A DNA stretch of 64,000 bases from Macrostomum hystrix (Eukaryota > Animalia > Platyhelminthes): the NCBI GenBank assembly GCA_950097015.1, contig CATNEN010000024.1, positions 2,356,001 through 2,420,000 of the forward strand. Direction: 5' to 3'. The translations under genes were made by a program, and so were the position numbers. The notes under the pieces are model-generated. The model searched no databases and had not been told where the DNA came from. It saw nothing but the letters and a program-made list of their open reading frames with translations. Shown here in pieces: positions 35,661 through 47,882 of this stretch. Position 1 is the first letter of the stretch. The number at the start of each line of letters is the position of its first letter.

Positions 35661-38449
35661 GACTCATTTGTTGATTAAATTCAATCGATAAGTCGATGCA
35701 ATCGAAGCAAAATTACAGTCTCGCCTAAAACTGTGCCGCTATTAATTTGTTTTTTTTAAAGTAATTTTCGTACGACATTATTGGGCTGTTTTTTATTTGT
35801 TGGAAAGGCAATTCTTGCTAAAAATGTACTATATAAGTGCATTCTTGTATTGTAATAGCCAGTGTAGGTTCTTGCATTTTTGGATGCTTCCTCCGTCGTC
35901 TCCCTCCATTTTAGATTCTTTCTCTATTCTATTTTTGTGCGAGTTCCGCACCCTGTTGTCAGGTTAGTTAAATGACCACTACTCATAGGTAAGTAAAAGG
36001 CATTTGAAACAGTTTTGCTCCCTTTTCAATACATTTTTTTCTTTTCTAACTACCATAAGCTTTTACTGACTATTGCCAATTGTTTACAATTTAAGTTTTG
36101 TGTTGTGTCGCATAGTTTTTGTTTACAGTTTTTAGCTTTGAGCTTCCAAGCATAATTTTCCCGCCTATGGAAAGATTACTCACATGGTCAAACAATTCGC
36201 AACGGTTCCTGTTACATGAGCCCCTATGCCATTGTCTACAATACAAACAATACCCTTTCATCCTATAAAAGCGAGTTACGGTTTGAACGGCTTTTTAAAT
36301 TCATTATTTGTTCGTTTTTGGTTTTTTCATATTTTAACCTTTTACCTGGTAAAATTACCTGGTAATTTTGGCAAATTTTGTTAAGTAGAAATCTAAAATT
36401 TTATAAAATAATGGGGTTATAAACTGGGATATTTGGGGCAATGAATCGACAAAAACAGAGTAGGACAAAGATCAAAGATAATAATATTATATACACTAGT
36501 AGCGACATTAAATACGGGACAGACAGGAAAAAGCTCTGTGTAAAAGTAAGAATATGAACATAAGTAAAGGATTTTCGGCAAAAGTGCTATTCAACGTTGG
36601 ATATTTAATATTGTATGTTTTTATAATTGTTTTACGAAGTAACAGAGAGTAATTTTATCAAGCAAAGACATTTCCGGGTATTATGCAGACGAGGTTAAGT
36701 AGTGTATCGGTAAATGGAAGTCGAAAGCAACGGTCCGCTTAAGGTAAGGTAGTGTTCGTTTGTGATAGTGAGTCAGTTAACTAGTGAGTAGTGATAGTAA
36801 GTAACTAGTAAATAGTAATTAAATGATGGGTAATCTAGTAAGTGAGTCAGTTACATATACAAATGGCGATTTTTTAGAATTTTCTACCGCCAGTAAGGCG
36901 TCTTGAGTTAGCGTGCATTTCAGTCATAACTACGTCAAGAGGTGGCTATAACTGATTTGAGTCTGGTTCATCCTATTAAAGAAATTCATCCTATTTTAGT
37001 TAGCTTGAGAATTCTGCAGCTTCGATACTCTTTGCTACTGAGTCATAATGTTTGATCGTCGTATTTACTTGGTATGAATTCGCTTTTTTGTTTTAGCCTA
37101 GCTCGTACGCTCATTCAAAGTAATAATTGAGAAAAGAAAACTTTTTTAATAAGAACGATATATCTTGACCGGTATTGTTTAAACAAATGTGTTTCATGAA
37201 TGATACAGTTCAAAGCTTCTCCATCCTCTGCATGCTTAAAAACTTTTTGCTTGTTTTTAATTTTAGTACAATACATAAATCTAAAGTTAAAATCACTTAG
37301 TCGTTCACAAGAAATCTGTATCTTTTCATTAAGTCAAGATAAAAGAATCGTACATGATGTACAAGCAAAAAAATCCGGTTAGTAGACCGTAGGTTACGGA
37401 AAATTCAAATTGTCTACATGTACAATTTGTACATAGGGTGCCCTCCTTTAAATCTTAAATGTCGACCACAGATTTTTTGTTTTAATTCTGGTTCGTCTTT
37501 CGGACTAATATAAGTCTGCTTGCACTAAGCCTTTACATGAAAGAGTCAAAACTAGGCTAATGCCTAGGCCTATGAGTAGGGTAATGTATCATCAACCAAA
37601 CAAGAATGTGTATTTTTTAACTTCAAACCTAAGCTACAGATTTTCTATTTAAGATATGATGATAAATGAAAAGACAAGTTATAGAAAACAGTTACATCTT
37701 TCTAAAAAGTATCTGCTTTTGCTATTTTGTCAAATAGAAAAAAGTTATTCCTGCTTTTTATCTAAAACCGAACAATGATTTTAATGTATCTTCAAACCAA
37801 ACAGAGAATTTGATGTTTGGTTGTACAATTTGAGTGAGTGGTTTAATCTTATTTTAAGGAGTGAACTGTCATGAATTATGTAATTTGAAAGCATTTTTCA
37901 AGCTCTATAAATAACTACATTTATGGTCATTTAATTGGCAAGCAACCACATACAATCTTTGTTTAAAGTACATACTGAAAAAATGTTGTTAAAAAGTATG
38001 CTTTTGCAATAAAAATTTCTACTGAAACATCAATATCTTTCTTTTCTCTTAATGCTTCATTGCACATCATGCCTCAGCTTGTAGATAATTTCTTCAACTT
38101 TCAAATTAGTTGTTCTGTGAAACACAATAACTTGTTTCTATCTTGCACAACTTACCACAAGACCAAGGAAGGAGTCAAAATTCTTGTTCGGTTTTGAAGA
38201 TACACTGTTCGGTTGATGATACATTACCCTATGACTAAGAATGAATTTTTTCTTGTAATGTAAAAAATAAAAAACAACCTTCTGACTGCAGCAATTGACT
38301 TTTATACCTAAGCACTATGTCTATAGCTTAGGCCTAATAGTTTTTGTTCAATTAGAACAAAAAATATTAATTTTGATATTAAAAAGAAAACATTTTGTGC
38401 CTAGCCTAGTCTAGTGACTCTAGTAGGCCTAGTACAGGCTTATCTTAAG

Positions 38450-39082
38450 TGATGTAGACCGAATCTTTTTAAGTTGAAAAACCGCGATTTTGTTTTAATT
38501 CGTGTAAAATACGTAAGTTTGTTTTAATCTGAAAATAATTTGTTTAAATGTACCGTAATTATTTTGTTTAAAACGATAAAATTTTGGTATAAATACAGGA
38601 GCAAAAGTGAGAAAGAAATTAACCTTGTTCAACACAGTTGACAACAAAGTTCGTATAACATACTCAGAATCGTGTTCTTTCATTCTTTTAAAACATACGG
38701 AGACAAATACCAAGAAAGATTCAAGAGAAAGAAAGAAATAGAAAGTATTGCTGTACACTTGAGATCATTGGTAACGCTCTTCGGAAAGCCTATACTCAGA
38801 AATACATCCATGCGATAATTAATCGGCCAGAATAACTAAATACGCTACCTTAGACTAACTAAAGACGATATTCAGAATAACTAAATACGCTACCAAGAAA
38901 TTCTTTTGGACATATAGAATACATTCTCAGAAATTAATTCTAAGAAACATTACCAGTAAAGAATACAACAACATTGTGAGAGTTAGAATAATAATTAGCC
39001 CTACAACAACTTTGGTAACAGCGGTGAAATTGGCATTATTGGAAATAGAGTTTAGTAAGAACATAGAAAGAGGCCTGCAACA
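38450..39082 (+). repeat. 5' LTR (633 bp)
   Basis: tgatgtagacc...gcctgcaaca; only one difference from the 3' LTR seen. Confidence 0.95.
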
Positions 39083-39086
39083 ACTT

Positions 39087-39098
39087 TGGTGGCAGCGG
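39087..39098 (+). promoter_or_regulatory. Primer-binding site, tRNA-Leu type (TGGTGGCAGCGG)
   Basis: 4 nt after the LTR end; complementary to the 3' end CCGCTGCCACCA of tRNA-Leu. Confidence 0.8.
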
Positions 39099-39158
39099 AA
39101 AGGATCTCAAGAGCAGCACGAAATACTAAAAGAGCATATTTTAAAATAATACATAGAC

Positions 39159-40166
39159 ATGAATCAGGCACATGATGCAATCGCCATGTTGGCAGAAGAA
39201 CTGCGAAATCGATTAGAACTTGGACCTATGCGTCACGTGAAAATCCAGAAGTTCACACCTGGGCAAGACATTCGAATTTGGCTTACTGCCTTCGATCAAC
39301 GCTGTGAGGCGGAAGGTATCGAAGAGGAACATCGTAAACAAGAATTGTTAGCTAATCTAGATCTGACAACAGCTTTTGCCGCAGTTCAGCGATTAAATCT
39401 CCCAGATGATCTAGAGTATGAAGAGTTCAAAGACAGACTTATTGAACGATTCGGAAGAATCGGCAGTGCTGCCGAATTCCGCGAAGAGTTTCGAGGTCGC
39501 ATACAGAGCAAAATTGAGTCCATAGAAAGCTACGCAGACACCTTAATCGAGCTAGCTGCAAGAGCATTTCCTAACATGAACATGGAACAAAGAGAGGAAG
39601 AAATTGTCGAACAATTTATCAAAGGTGTGAGAATTGCTACTGAGACTCGTGAGAAACTCATCTTTGCTCAGCCCGCTAACTTGCAAGAGGCAAGAAGGAT
39701 GCTCAGACGAATTGAAGCAGCTTGGAACATGACTCACCGTAACATCGGTATGAGAATGGCCAAAGGCGAAGAGGAGCTTGAACAAAGGAGAAACGAGCAA
39801 GAGCGACTAGAAGCACTAATCCATCAACAGCAAGCTGAAATTGAGCAACAGAAAAAGACTCTACAGGAGTTAAGGGCCAAACAGCAACCGCAAACTTATG
39901 CTCAAGCTGCAAAGTCATACCCACCTAGGAATTATCTGCAGCAGCAGCAACAGTATCAGCAACCTCAGCATCAGCAGCAACAATATCGGCAGCAGTATCA
40001 GCCCCAACAACAGAAGCAGTGGCACTTGCAGCATCAGCAGCAGCAGCAGCAGTCAAAACCTTCACTGACCTGTTACAATTGCCGCAAGGTCGGGCACATT
40101 GCGAAGAACTGCAGAAGCCCTCGGCAGAATCAGCCGCAGGCGCAATACCGGAATCAGGGAAACTGA
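39159..40166 (+). CDS. gag: Gag (335 aa) with one CCHC zinc knuckle
   Basis: IQKFTPGQDIRIWL...F capsid-like region, CYNCRKVGHIAKNC. Confidence 0.92.
   Translation: MNQAHDAIAMLAEELRNRLELGPMRHVKIQKFTPGQDIRIWLTAFDQRCEAEGIEEEHRKQELLANLDLTTAFAAVQRLNLPDDLEYEEFKDRLIERFGRIGSAAEFREEFRGRIQSKIESIESYADTLIELAARAFPNMNMEQREEEIVEQFIKGVRIATETREKLIFAQPANLQEARRMLRRIEAAWNMTHRNIGMRMAKGEEELEQRRNEQERLEALIHQQQAEIEQQKKTLQELRAKQQPQTYAQAAKSYPPRNYLQQQQQYQQPQHQQQQYRQQYQPQQQKQWHLQHQQQQQQSKPSLTCYNCRKVGHIAKNCRSPRQNQPQAQYRNQGN
40157..40163 (+). other. -1 ribosomal frameshift slippery site G GGA AAC
   Basis: XXXYYYZ heptamer directly before the gag stop; -1 frame continues into protease; possible stem gagggacg/cgcccctc 8 nt downstream. 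Confidence 0.8.
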
Positions 40167-40622
40167 TCCGTGAGGGACGAGATGCGAGGCCACGCCCCTC
40201 TAAACGTACAGCCAGCGAAAACCAGGCCTCAATTAAACTGGCAAACAATAAGCAGAATTCTAATGTAAGCAATAATTTAACTACAGAAGAAGTACAAGTT
40301 GAGAGTACTGCTGAGAAGAAAGGAAGAGAAGCAGTGGTGAAAGGTGAAATTAAGAATCAGAAAGTAACCTTCTTACTAGACACAGGAGCAGGTCACAACT
40401 TCCTAGGAAAGAATTCCTGGAAGAAGATGTTTAAAAATAGAGAGATTGTGCCAAGTAACAGAAAAGTAACTACCTTTGACGGAGCTACTGTGAAAATCGC
40501 AGGAGAAGTAACTGCTAATGTTAAGTTCGGAGAAATTGAAATCGAAACAGATTTTCTATTATGTCATCATGATTGCGACGATATTCTAGGAATGGAATTT
40601 TTCCACGACCATTGTAATAATA
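40157..40622 (+). CDS. pol: Pol 5' part: aspartic protease, interrupted by DNA transposon
   Basis: FLLDTGAGHNFL catalytic motif; DILGMEFF. Confidence 0.88.
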
Positions 40623-42277
40623 TAGCTTTTTTCAGCCTATTTGGGCTTACGCGCATTTAATTTAATCCGGGATATGTTTGTCAATGTAACTGAGCTTTAG
40701 TCTGTGGTCACAAGGGTGGCGCAGCAGCATTTAATTTAGTCCAAGAAGCATCAATTTGGTCCATAGCGGCTCTCTAACTTCAGTCCTAGATTTTTAATCT
40801 ATTTAGAATTAACATGACGGACACAAGCAGTGAGGACGAAAGCAATTCTTCATTTGCAACTGCTGCGGAGGAACAAGATCAGCCCCAGAATCGTGGACCA
40901 TATGCTAGACTATCGAATGAGCGCCACGGACTTGTGATCGAAGCACTCGACAGAGGTGAACACCCAAATGACATTGCAAGGTTGCTGAATGTCAAAGAAA
41001 AGACTATTTATAGCATCCGTCAGCGGGTTGAAACTACTGGCAGAAGAGATCGTCTGCGAAGGGGCGGCAACCGCCAAAGCAAGTTGTTGGAGCCTCAGGT
41101 CCAACTGCTACTAGATGCAATTGAAGCAAACCCTCTGTTGACGTTGCAGCAAATGCAGCAGAAGTTGAACCAACAGTTTCAGTTGGTTGTCAGCATTTCG
41201 ACTATCAGCAGAGCTCTGGAAAAGCGACTGATAACACTGAAAATTCTTGGAAGAGACGCTGACATTCCAATGGTACGCAACAGCCATCAGACGGTTGCGA
41301 GAAGGCAGGAATTTGCTGAATGGCTAACGGCTCTTGACCCTGCGGTTCATCTGGTTTATCTAGACGAGACTGGATTCAACATTTGGACTCGAAGAACGCA
41401 AGGTCGTGGTCGCCGAGGTCAGCGCATACGGCGCACCGTTCATTCTCAGCGGGGTCATCAAGTGAATGTACTGCAAGCAATTTCACCAACCATCGGACTT
41501 GTCTACCACAAAGTTGTGAGCCAGACTATGACCGCAGATCTGTTTCAGCAGTGCATTAATGAGCTGGTGCAGTCTCTACTTGAAGTTCATGGACTGGATG
41601 CCCAACAGCAGGTGCGCATCATTATGGATGGTGCGCGGTTTCATAATGGAGCCCGGATGCCAGAAGTACATCAGGACAGGATCCAGCTCATTCAATTGCC
41701 ACCATACTCTCCGTTTCTGAATCCCGTTGAGGCTGCCCATTCCTGCCTGAAGTCTGTAATCAAGCAGGAGCTCAGTGACCCGACCACCCAACTAGAGCTG
41801 GACCAACCGCCTCCTAACACCACCCTTGGCCAATGGCGAGTACTGGTACTACACCGCATTGCCGAGGCCGCTACAGCCTCCATCACACCTTTGAAGTGTG
41901 CGGGTTGGTACCGGCAGATGCTGCGCTTCATGCCTGCTTGCATGACAGGAGAAAATGTAAATTAAACTCGCTTTCGTCTTCTTCAGCGATGTTTTGACAA
42001 TTAGAAAATTATTGTTTGTTCTTGCAATATTTCAGCAAATTCCAGTTGTTATTTTTCCTGGCGTTTTTAAATGGAAAGTTGCTTAAATAAACTGCATTAC
42101 AAAGTTGTAACTCGTGATTAGGTTTCGTTGGACCTATGGACCAAATTGATGCTTGTTGGACTAAATTAAATGCTGCTGCGCCACCCTTGTGACCATAGAC
42201 TAAAGCTCAGTTACTTTGAAAAACATATCCCGGATTAAATTAAATGCACGTAAGCCCAAATGGGCTGAAAAAAGCTA
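40623..42277 (+). mobile_element. IS630/Tc1-mariner DNA transposon, 144-bp TIRs, TA TSD, nested in Gypsy pol
   Basis: TIRs 40623-40766 and 42134-42277 (~6 mismatches); TA at 40621-22 and 42278-79; excision in silico restores ...HCNNINFATG... in frame. Confidence 0.95.
40814..41965 (+). CDS. Intact ITm transposase, 383 aa, DD33E
   Basis: N-terminal HTH region; YLDETGF, IMDGARFH, LPPYSPFLNPVE; 33 residues between second D and E. Confidence 0.95.
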   Translation: MTDTSSEDESNSSFATAAEEQDQPQNRGPYARLSNERHGLVIEALDRGEHPNDIARLLNVKEKTIYSIRQRVETTGRRDRLRRGGNRQSKLLEPQVQLLLDAIEANPLLTLQQMQQKLNQQFQLVVSISTISRALEKRLITLKILGRDADIPMVRNSHQTVARRQEFAEWLTALDPAVHLVYLDETGFNIWTRRTQGRGRRGQRIRRTVHSQRGHQVNVLQAISPTIGLVYHKVVSQTMTADLFQQCINELVQSLLEVHGLDAQQQVRIIMDGARFHNGARMPEVHQDRIQLIQLPPYSPFLNPVEAAHSCLKSVIKQELSDPTTQLELDQPPPNTTLGQWRVLVLHRIAEAATASITPLKCAGWYRQMLRFMPACMTGENVN

Positions 42278-45200
42278 TATTAATTTCGCCACTGGCATGC
42301 TAGTACTCAGAAATAATGTCTGCATTCCTGTCCAATTTACTAAGTTACCAGTACGTGTTTGCCGAGTTTTCTGTTCTGAGAAAGTAACTGTGCCAGCTAA
42401 TAGTGCACTTAGAATCTCAGTTAAATTAGCGAAGAATGCCGAAGCCAATTATGGTACGCCAATGACTATCGAGCCGATCAAAGGACAAGTAAATACTAAG
42501 AAAGGTACTTTAGACATGATGCCGACACTAGTAACAATGACTAATGGAACTGGAATTGTCGAAGTTATTAATAAGCAGAACAGTGATTTGTACTTGTCGA
42601 AATCATCTATTATCGGAGTAGCCAAGCCACTGAAAGCCGAAAAACTTACTTATATTGTCGACCCACCTCAGTCGTACAATGTCAAATCCACCGGACAAGT
42701 CAAAATTGCTAAGAGTACATCCGAGACTCAGGAAGAATGGATTACGGAGATTAACCTAGGAGAAAAATTAACTGCTACGCAGAAAGAACAAGTCATTAAT
42801 GTAGTACGAGAACATAAAGAAGCATTTTCGCAGACAAATCAGGAAATGGGTCTGACCCATCTGGTGACCCATGAAATATCATTGAATGATTCTACACCGG
42901 TCAGGATTCCTACCCGAAGGATTCCGCCGCACCTGCAGAAACAAGTGGATGAACAGTTAGACGATATGCTTGCTAAGAACTTAATAAGACCATGCTATAG
43001 TACATATTCTACGCCGCTAGTTATTGTACCTAAGAAGGACGGAACTATTAGAATTGTCAGTGATTTCCGAGTCCTAAATTCAAGAGTCAATTATTATCCT
43101 TATCCTCTACCAAACATTCAAGAGACGTTCTCGCATCTAACTGGAAGTCAGTACTTTAGTAGCCTTGACCTAAATTCAGGTTATTGGCAAGTGCCTATCA
43201 AAGAAGAGCACAAGTACTTGACTGCTTTTTCTACACTGACCAGAGGCCAATTTGAATATCAGGTCATGGCACAGGGACTATCAAATGCACCTGGTACTTT
43301 TCAAAGACTGATGAACTTAGTTTTAACAGGCATTCAGCATAAATTTGCTATGTCTTACATAGACGACATTGTGACATATTCTAAGACTTTCGAAGACCAT
43401 CTCAATCATCTAAAAGAAGTATTCCAGAGACTAATAACAGCAGGATTGAAGTTAAGGCCTAAGAAGTGCAATTTGTTTCAGCAAGAACTAAAGTACTTAG
43501 GACATGTAGTCGGAGTCAACGGAATAAGGACAGATCCGGCTAAGATTGAAGCAATCAGAACATGGCCAGTGCCTAGAGATGTCAAAGAACTCAGAAGTTT
43601 TCTTGGCTTATGCAATTATTACTGCAGATTTGTTAAGAATTATGCCGACGCTGCACATCCATTATTCCAACTGACTAAGAAGGGAGTGCAGAACTTCAGA
43701 GACAAATGGACAAAGGTGCATACTGAGTCATTCGAATTACTAAAGCAGAAATTAATGTCAACAGAGGTACTCGCGTATCCAGAGTTCTCAGACAATGAAA
43801 AAGTACGAATGGTTCTAGATGTCGATGCTAGCGACAACCGAATCGGCGCCTGTCTTGGACAGATACAGTCCGACGGTGTTGAAAGGCCGATCGCGTACTT
43901 TAGCAGAGCCATGAAGGATTCGGAGAAGCGATATCCTATCACTAGGAAGGAATTATTAGCGCTAGTCGACGGAATGAAACATTTTCGATTTTACCTTATC
44001 GGCAAGCGATTTCTAGCCCGCACCGATCACAAGGCTATTCTATGGCTTCTACGCCAGACTGAAGCACAAGGGATTCTTGGTCGATGGATCGAGCGGCTAA
44101 GTGAATTTCAATACGACATAGAGCATCGTTCGGGCAGCAAGCACAGCAATGCCGACAGTTTATCCCGACGACCTGCCGAAACCGACAAATCAGAATCGAC
44201 ACCGATTGATCGGAAAATAGAATCCAAAGACGAATTGAAGGAAGAGAGCCCGACAGTTGACAGTCAGCTAGGACTGATTCAGCCGTTAGAAGTACAGAGA
44301 ACCTGCGAGACCGACACCGACATTCCCACCAATATGGTCGATGGCCGTCGTGTCACTGTCCCGGGAATCGAAGAAGAGATGCCAGCAAAACAGTTGACTA
44401 GCAGAAGCTCACTGAAGCATCAAAGCTGTCAGACTGACCTGGAAATTCTCAAGGAGCCGAAAGTGCAAGAAGAAGACGATGACGATGAAGAAGAATTCGA
44501 GGATGCCAGAGATTATTTCGAAGACGAAGAAGTTGAGGAAGAGAGATGTCGGAAACTTCTTACTGACTATCTCGAGGTTCCACTAAAGAAGGAGCAGTTG
44601 GTTCAAGCCCAGCAAGAAGACTCCTCTGTGAGAACACTGATAGATTGGAAGAAGAGTGCAGTAGAGAAACCGACAGAATACAAAGTGTCAGAGGAATTGA
44701 AGAAGATGATGAAGTACTATGAGCAGATGAAGTTCGAAGACGATTTATTGACAATCCAAGAAGAGGGAGTCAGAAAAGTCGTGTTACCGAAGAATATCGA
44801 AGAAGCTGTATTCAGAGAGTTACATGATAGTCCTTTAGCAGGTCACCTAGGCCGTGACAAAACCACGCAGAGAGTGCGTGAGCGGTTCTGGAGACCCGGA
44901 CTGGTAACTGCAGTAGAAAAGTACATTTCGGAATGTATAACTTGCTTAGAGAGCAAAGCGGGACATCGGATCCCAGCACCTGTGCAGAATTTTCCTATTT
45001 GTGAGCCATTTGAACGTCTTCATTTAGATTTTATTGGCCCTGTGTCCAAGGACAGCCGAAGAGGACATAAGTATGTGTTGACAATAGTGGACAGTACTAC
45101 TAGATTTCCATTCGCGTTTCCAACAAGAAATCAGAAATCAGACACCGTTATTAAAATACTACAAGAGAGAGTGTTCGCAGAATACGGACAGTGTAAATGG

Positions 45201-46418
45201 ATACACACTGATAACGGAAAATCATTCACTAGCCGACAGTTTCAATCCTTCTGTGAGCTGTATGGGATTAAGCATACATGCACTACACCCTACCATGCTC
45301 AGAGTAACGGTCTAGTTGAAAGATTTAACGGTCAAATCAAATCGATTGTGACATGTCTAATCAATAAAGATCACTCAGACTGGGATCTAATGATTCCAGC
45401 CGCGCTTGTAGCAGTGTGTACGAGTGTAAATCAAACTACCGGATATTCGCCTCATTATCTTCTATTTGGGCGTGAAGCAACTTTGCCCATAGACAATATC
45501 ATTAAGAGACCACATGAATTCGCTAATTATCCCAGCTATGTGAAAAATCATGCAGAAAGACTGGAAAAAGCTACTAAGATCGTCAAGAAGAAATTGGAAA
45601 AGATCCATGAACAAAGGAAAGAAAAAGCCGACTGTGCAAAGAAACCTAAAGAGATTGCCATTGGAGGAGTTGTCTTATTAAATAATCCACAATTACAGCA
45701 GGAAGAAAGCCATAAATTCCACAGAAAGAAACGAGCAGCCTATCGAGTACTTGCCAAATTATCCGACACAGTCTATCGAGTGCAAAGAGAAGTTAATGGA
45801 GAAAGAGTAGGAGATAAACTTATTGTCCACAGAAATAATATCACACCAGTGCCGAATTCAACAATCTCATTAACAGACACGAATAAAGTCACACAGCCAA
45901 AACATAAGGGAGGTCAAAGCAATAATCACAGCACACAGCCAAAACATAAGGGAGGTCAAGTAACTTCAAAGAAAATTATTCCGAAAGTAATCCTCATTAA
46001 CGAAGAAGAAGATTCCGAAAACGAAAGAATAAGGTGGAGAGCAAATGCTGGAGATATTGAATCTGACATCGAAATTGACCAAGAGCCAGAGCAGAGTGAA
46101 AATGAAGAAAGCGAAGGTGGAGATGACTCAGAAGAGACAGAGCCTGCGATAGAAGAAAATGTACAGTCCGAAGATGAGCATGCAGAGAATGAACAACAAG
46201 AAATCGAACAGCCAGAAGGTGAGAGCGAAAACAATGTACACACCGAGAGAGCTCACGGCTACAACTTACGACCACGGCATGAGCAGCCTAGCCAGCCTAG
46301 ACCCCATGAGTCAGGCAATGCGAGAGGAGGGTTGCGTCACACCCAGCCAGGCTCACACGGTTTTGTGCACCGCGAGCGATATCGACGATACATACCCCAC
46401 GGAGAGGGCGAACAATAG
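42278..46418 (+). CDS. pol: Pol 3' part: reverse transcriptase, RNase H, integrase, acidic tail
   Basis: LDLNSGYWQV, YIDD, DVDASD, RTDHKA, H-H-C-C zinc finger, LDFIG / TDNG / GLVERFN; open for ~1380 codons. Confidence 0.96.
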
Positions 46419-46764
46419 GCTATTACATAACAGTGGGAGGCCAATTTACTGAGATTGCCATTTAATCCTGTGTAATCTGATTAATCTGCAAATCAATACT
46501 TAAGATAATCTGCAATAAAATCTAAACCAGAAGGGTTATCAAAAAAGTATAAAAACATTATTACTCAGAAAATTATAATCTATAAAAAGAAACCAAACTC
46601 GAAAATAATTACTTAAGAAATCGATTCAGAAAGTAACATCAAAGTTTGTGACTTATTAAATCAAAAAAGTAAAGGTGTCAAAAGTGGCCCTCAGTCGGGG
46701 TGGGGGGGGGCGAACACAATGATGCGGTCCAGTCTGGACCCTATTAACTAAGAACACCCGACCT

Positions 46765-47646
46765 ATGATTTCGGAGTATATTCGCCTTCAGCAAGAATTC
46801 ATACCAAGACCTATACTAAGATTAGTCATGGACCAGAATATTGACGACTTCCTAGAAAGCCTACTGAGCGACGAGCCAGAAAAGGAAAATCAAGTGCAAG
46901 AATTAGCTGTGCCTGAGCGCCAGCCGACTCGCCCAAAGCTGCCAGCGGTCGCCTCTGTGGTGACAAAGCCACCAAGAGATCCATCCCCTATTGCCGTACG
47001 TCAGGCACGGTCAGGGATAACACAACGGCTCGGCGAACAACCGAATCACAGGCAGCATGTGACAACTCAGCGGCTCGGTCCTCAGGCCCAAGGAGATCAA
47101 CAGGCCAATTCTCACCAAGCCGGAGTCAAGCGGCCAGGACCAGGCATGAATATCGCTGAAGGATGTCGCTCGACTCCAAAGACCATCCGGCTCAGCATCG
47201 GCGAAGTTCCTGCAGGCGCTCCTGGCAGTGGCCCCTCGAAGGCCGCTAACCATCAGCAGGCTCGTCAGTTATCTGGGCAACGACCGACACCGAGAGAGGC
47301 TACCTCAGCTAGTCAGGAGCCAGACCAGGTCACGACTGACGAGGACGAGGAATTACAGATCATCTTTGAGCTGAAAATGTACTTGTTGGATGTAGCCAGT
47401 CCCACCTACGATCAGCACTACCCTCAGCGATCTCAAGTATGGAAGCGTGTGCGAGCTCTGCGCGAGAATTACAGCCGAGAAAAGGCCATTACTCTACTAC
47501 AAGCGACGGCGCAGGCGGTACACAAAGGCTTAGCCAACATTACCCGGACAATACATCGCCAAATGGTAAACATCGAGTTTCGATGGATGTTTTCGCAAAT
47601 TGGATGGCGCTACTATAGGGATTTGCCAGCACCTTGTGAATTTTAA
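46765..47646 (+). CDS. Extra ORF3 of unknown function between pol and the 3' LTR (293 aa)
   Basis: ATG-initiated open frame with a disordered Q/P-rich middle and a helical-looking C-terminal ~85 aa; no obvious signal peptide or TM segment. Confidence 0.65.
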   Translation: MISEYIRLQQEFIPRPILRLVMDQNIDDFLESLLSDEPEKENQVQELAVPERQPTRPKLPAVASVVTKPPRDPSPIAVRQARSGITQRLGEQPNHRQHVTTQRLGPQAQGDQQANSHQAGVKRPGPGMNIAEGCRSTPKTIRLSIGEVPAGAPGSGPSKAANHQQARQLSGQRPTPREATSASQEPDQVTTDEDEELQIIFELKMYLLDVASPTYDQHYPQRSQVWKRVRALRENYSREKAITLLQATAQAVHKGLANITRTIHRQMVNIEFRWMFSQIGWRYYRDLPAPCEF

Positions 47647-47882
47647 ATACTTAGGAACTGACTTGATCAATGCTAACATTCTACTTTCAGTATAATTTTG
47701 CCATTTATGCCTATGTTTCCTTATTGTTTACTTTATGTGTATATATGTGCTCATTTTATTCCAGACCTACCTGTATAAACTTTGCATGTGCCATCATTTT
47801 TGTTTTAACTATGCTCAGTAATCATTGTATATAGTGTTTTTCTCACTGTCTTGTTTCGAAAAACCCTAGTAGGGAGGTCAGT

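Noticed and set aside
38495-38758. 87-aa minus-strand ORF repeated at 47928-48191
   Set aside because: AT-rich chance ORF inside the LTRs; duplicated only because the LTRs are.
40814-41965. Bacterial IS630 contamination or recent horizontal transfer
   Set aside because: Cleanly integrated with a TA TSD in a eukaryotic retrotransposon; similar motifs occur in eukaryotic ITm families; origin cannot be judged without a phylogeny.
46765-47646. Calling ORF3 env
   Set aside because: No signal peptide, cleavage motif or transmembrane anchor visible.
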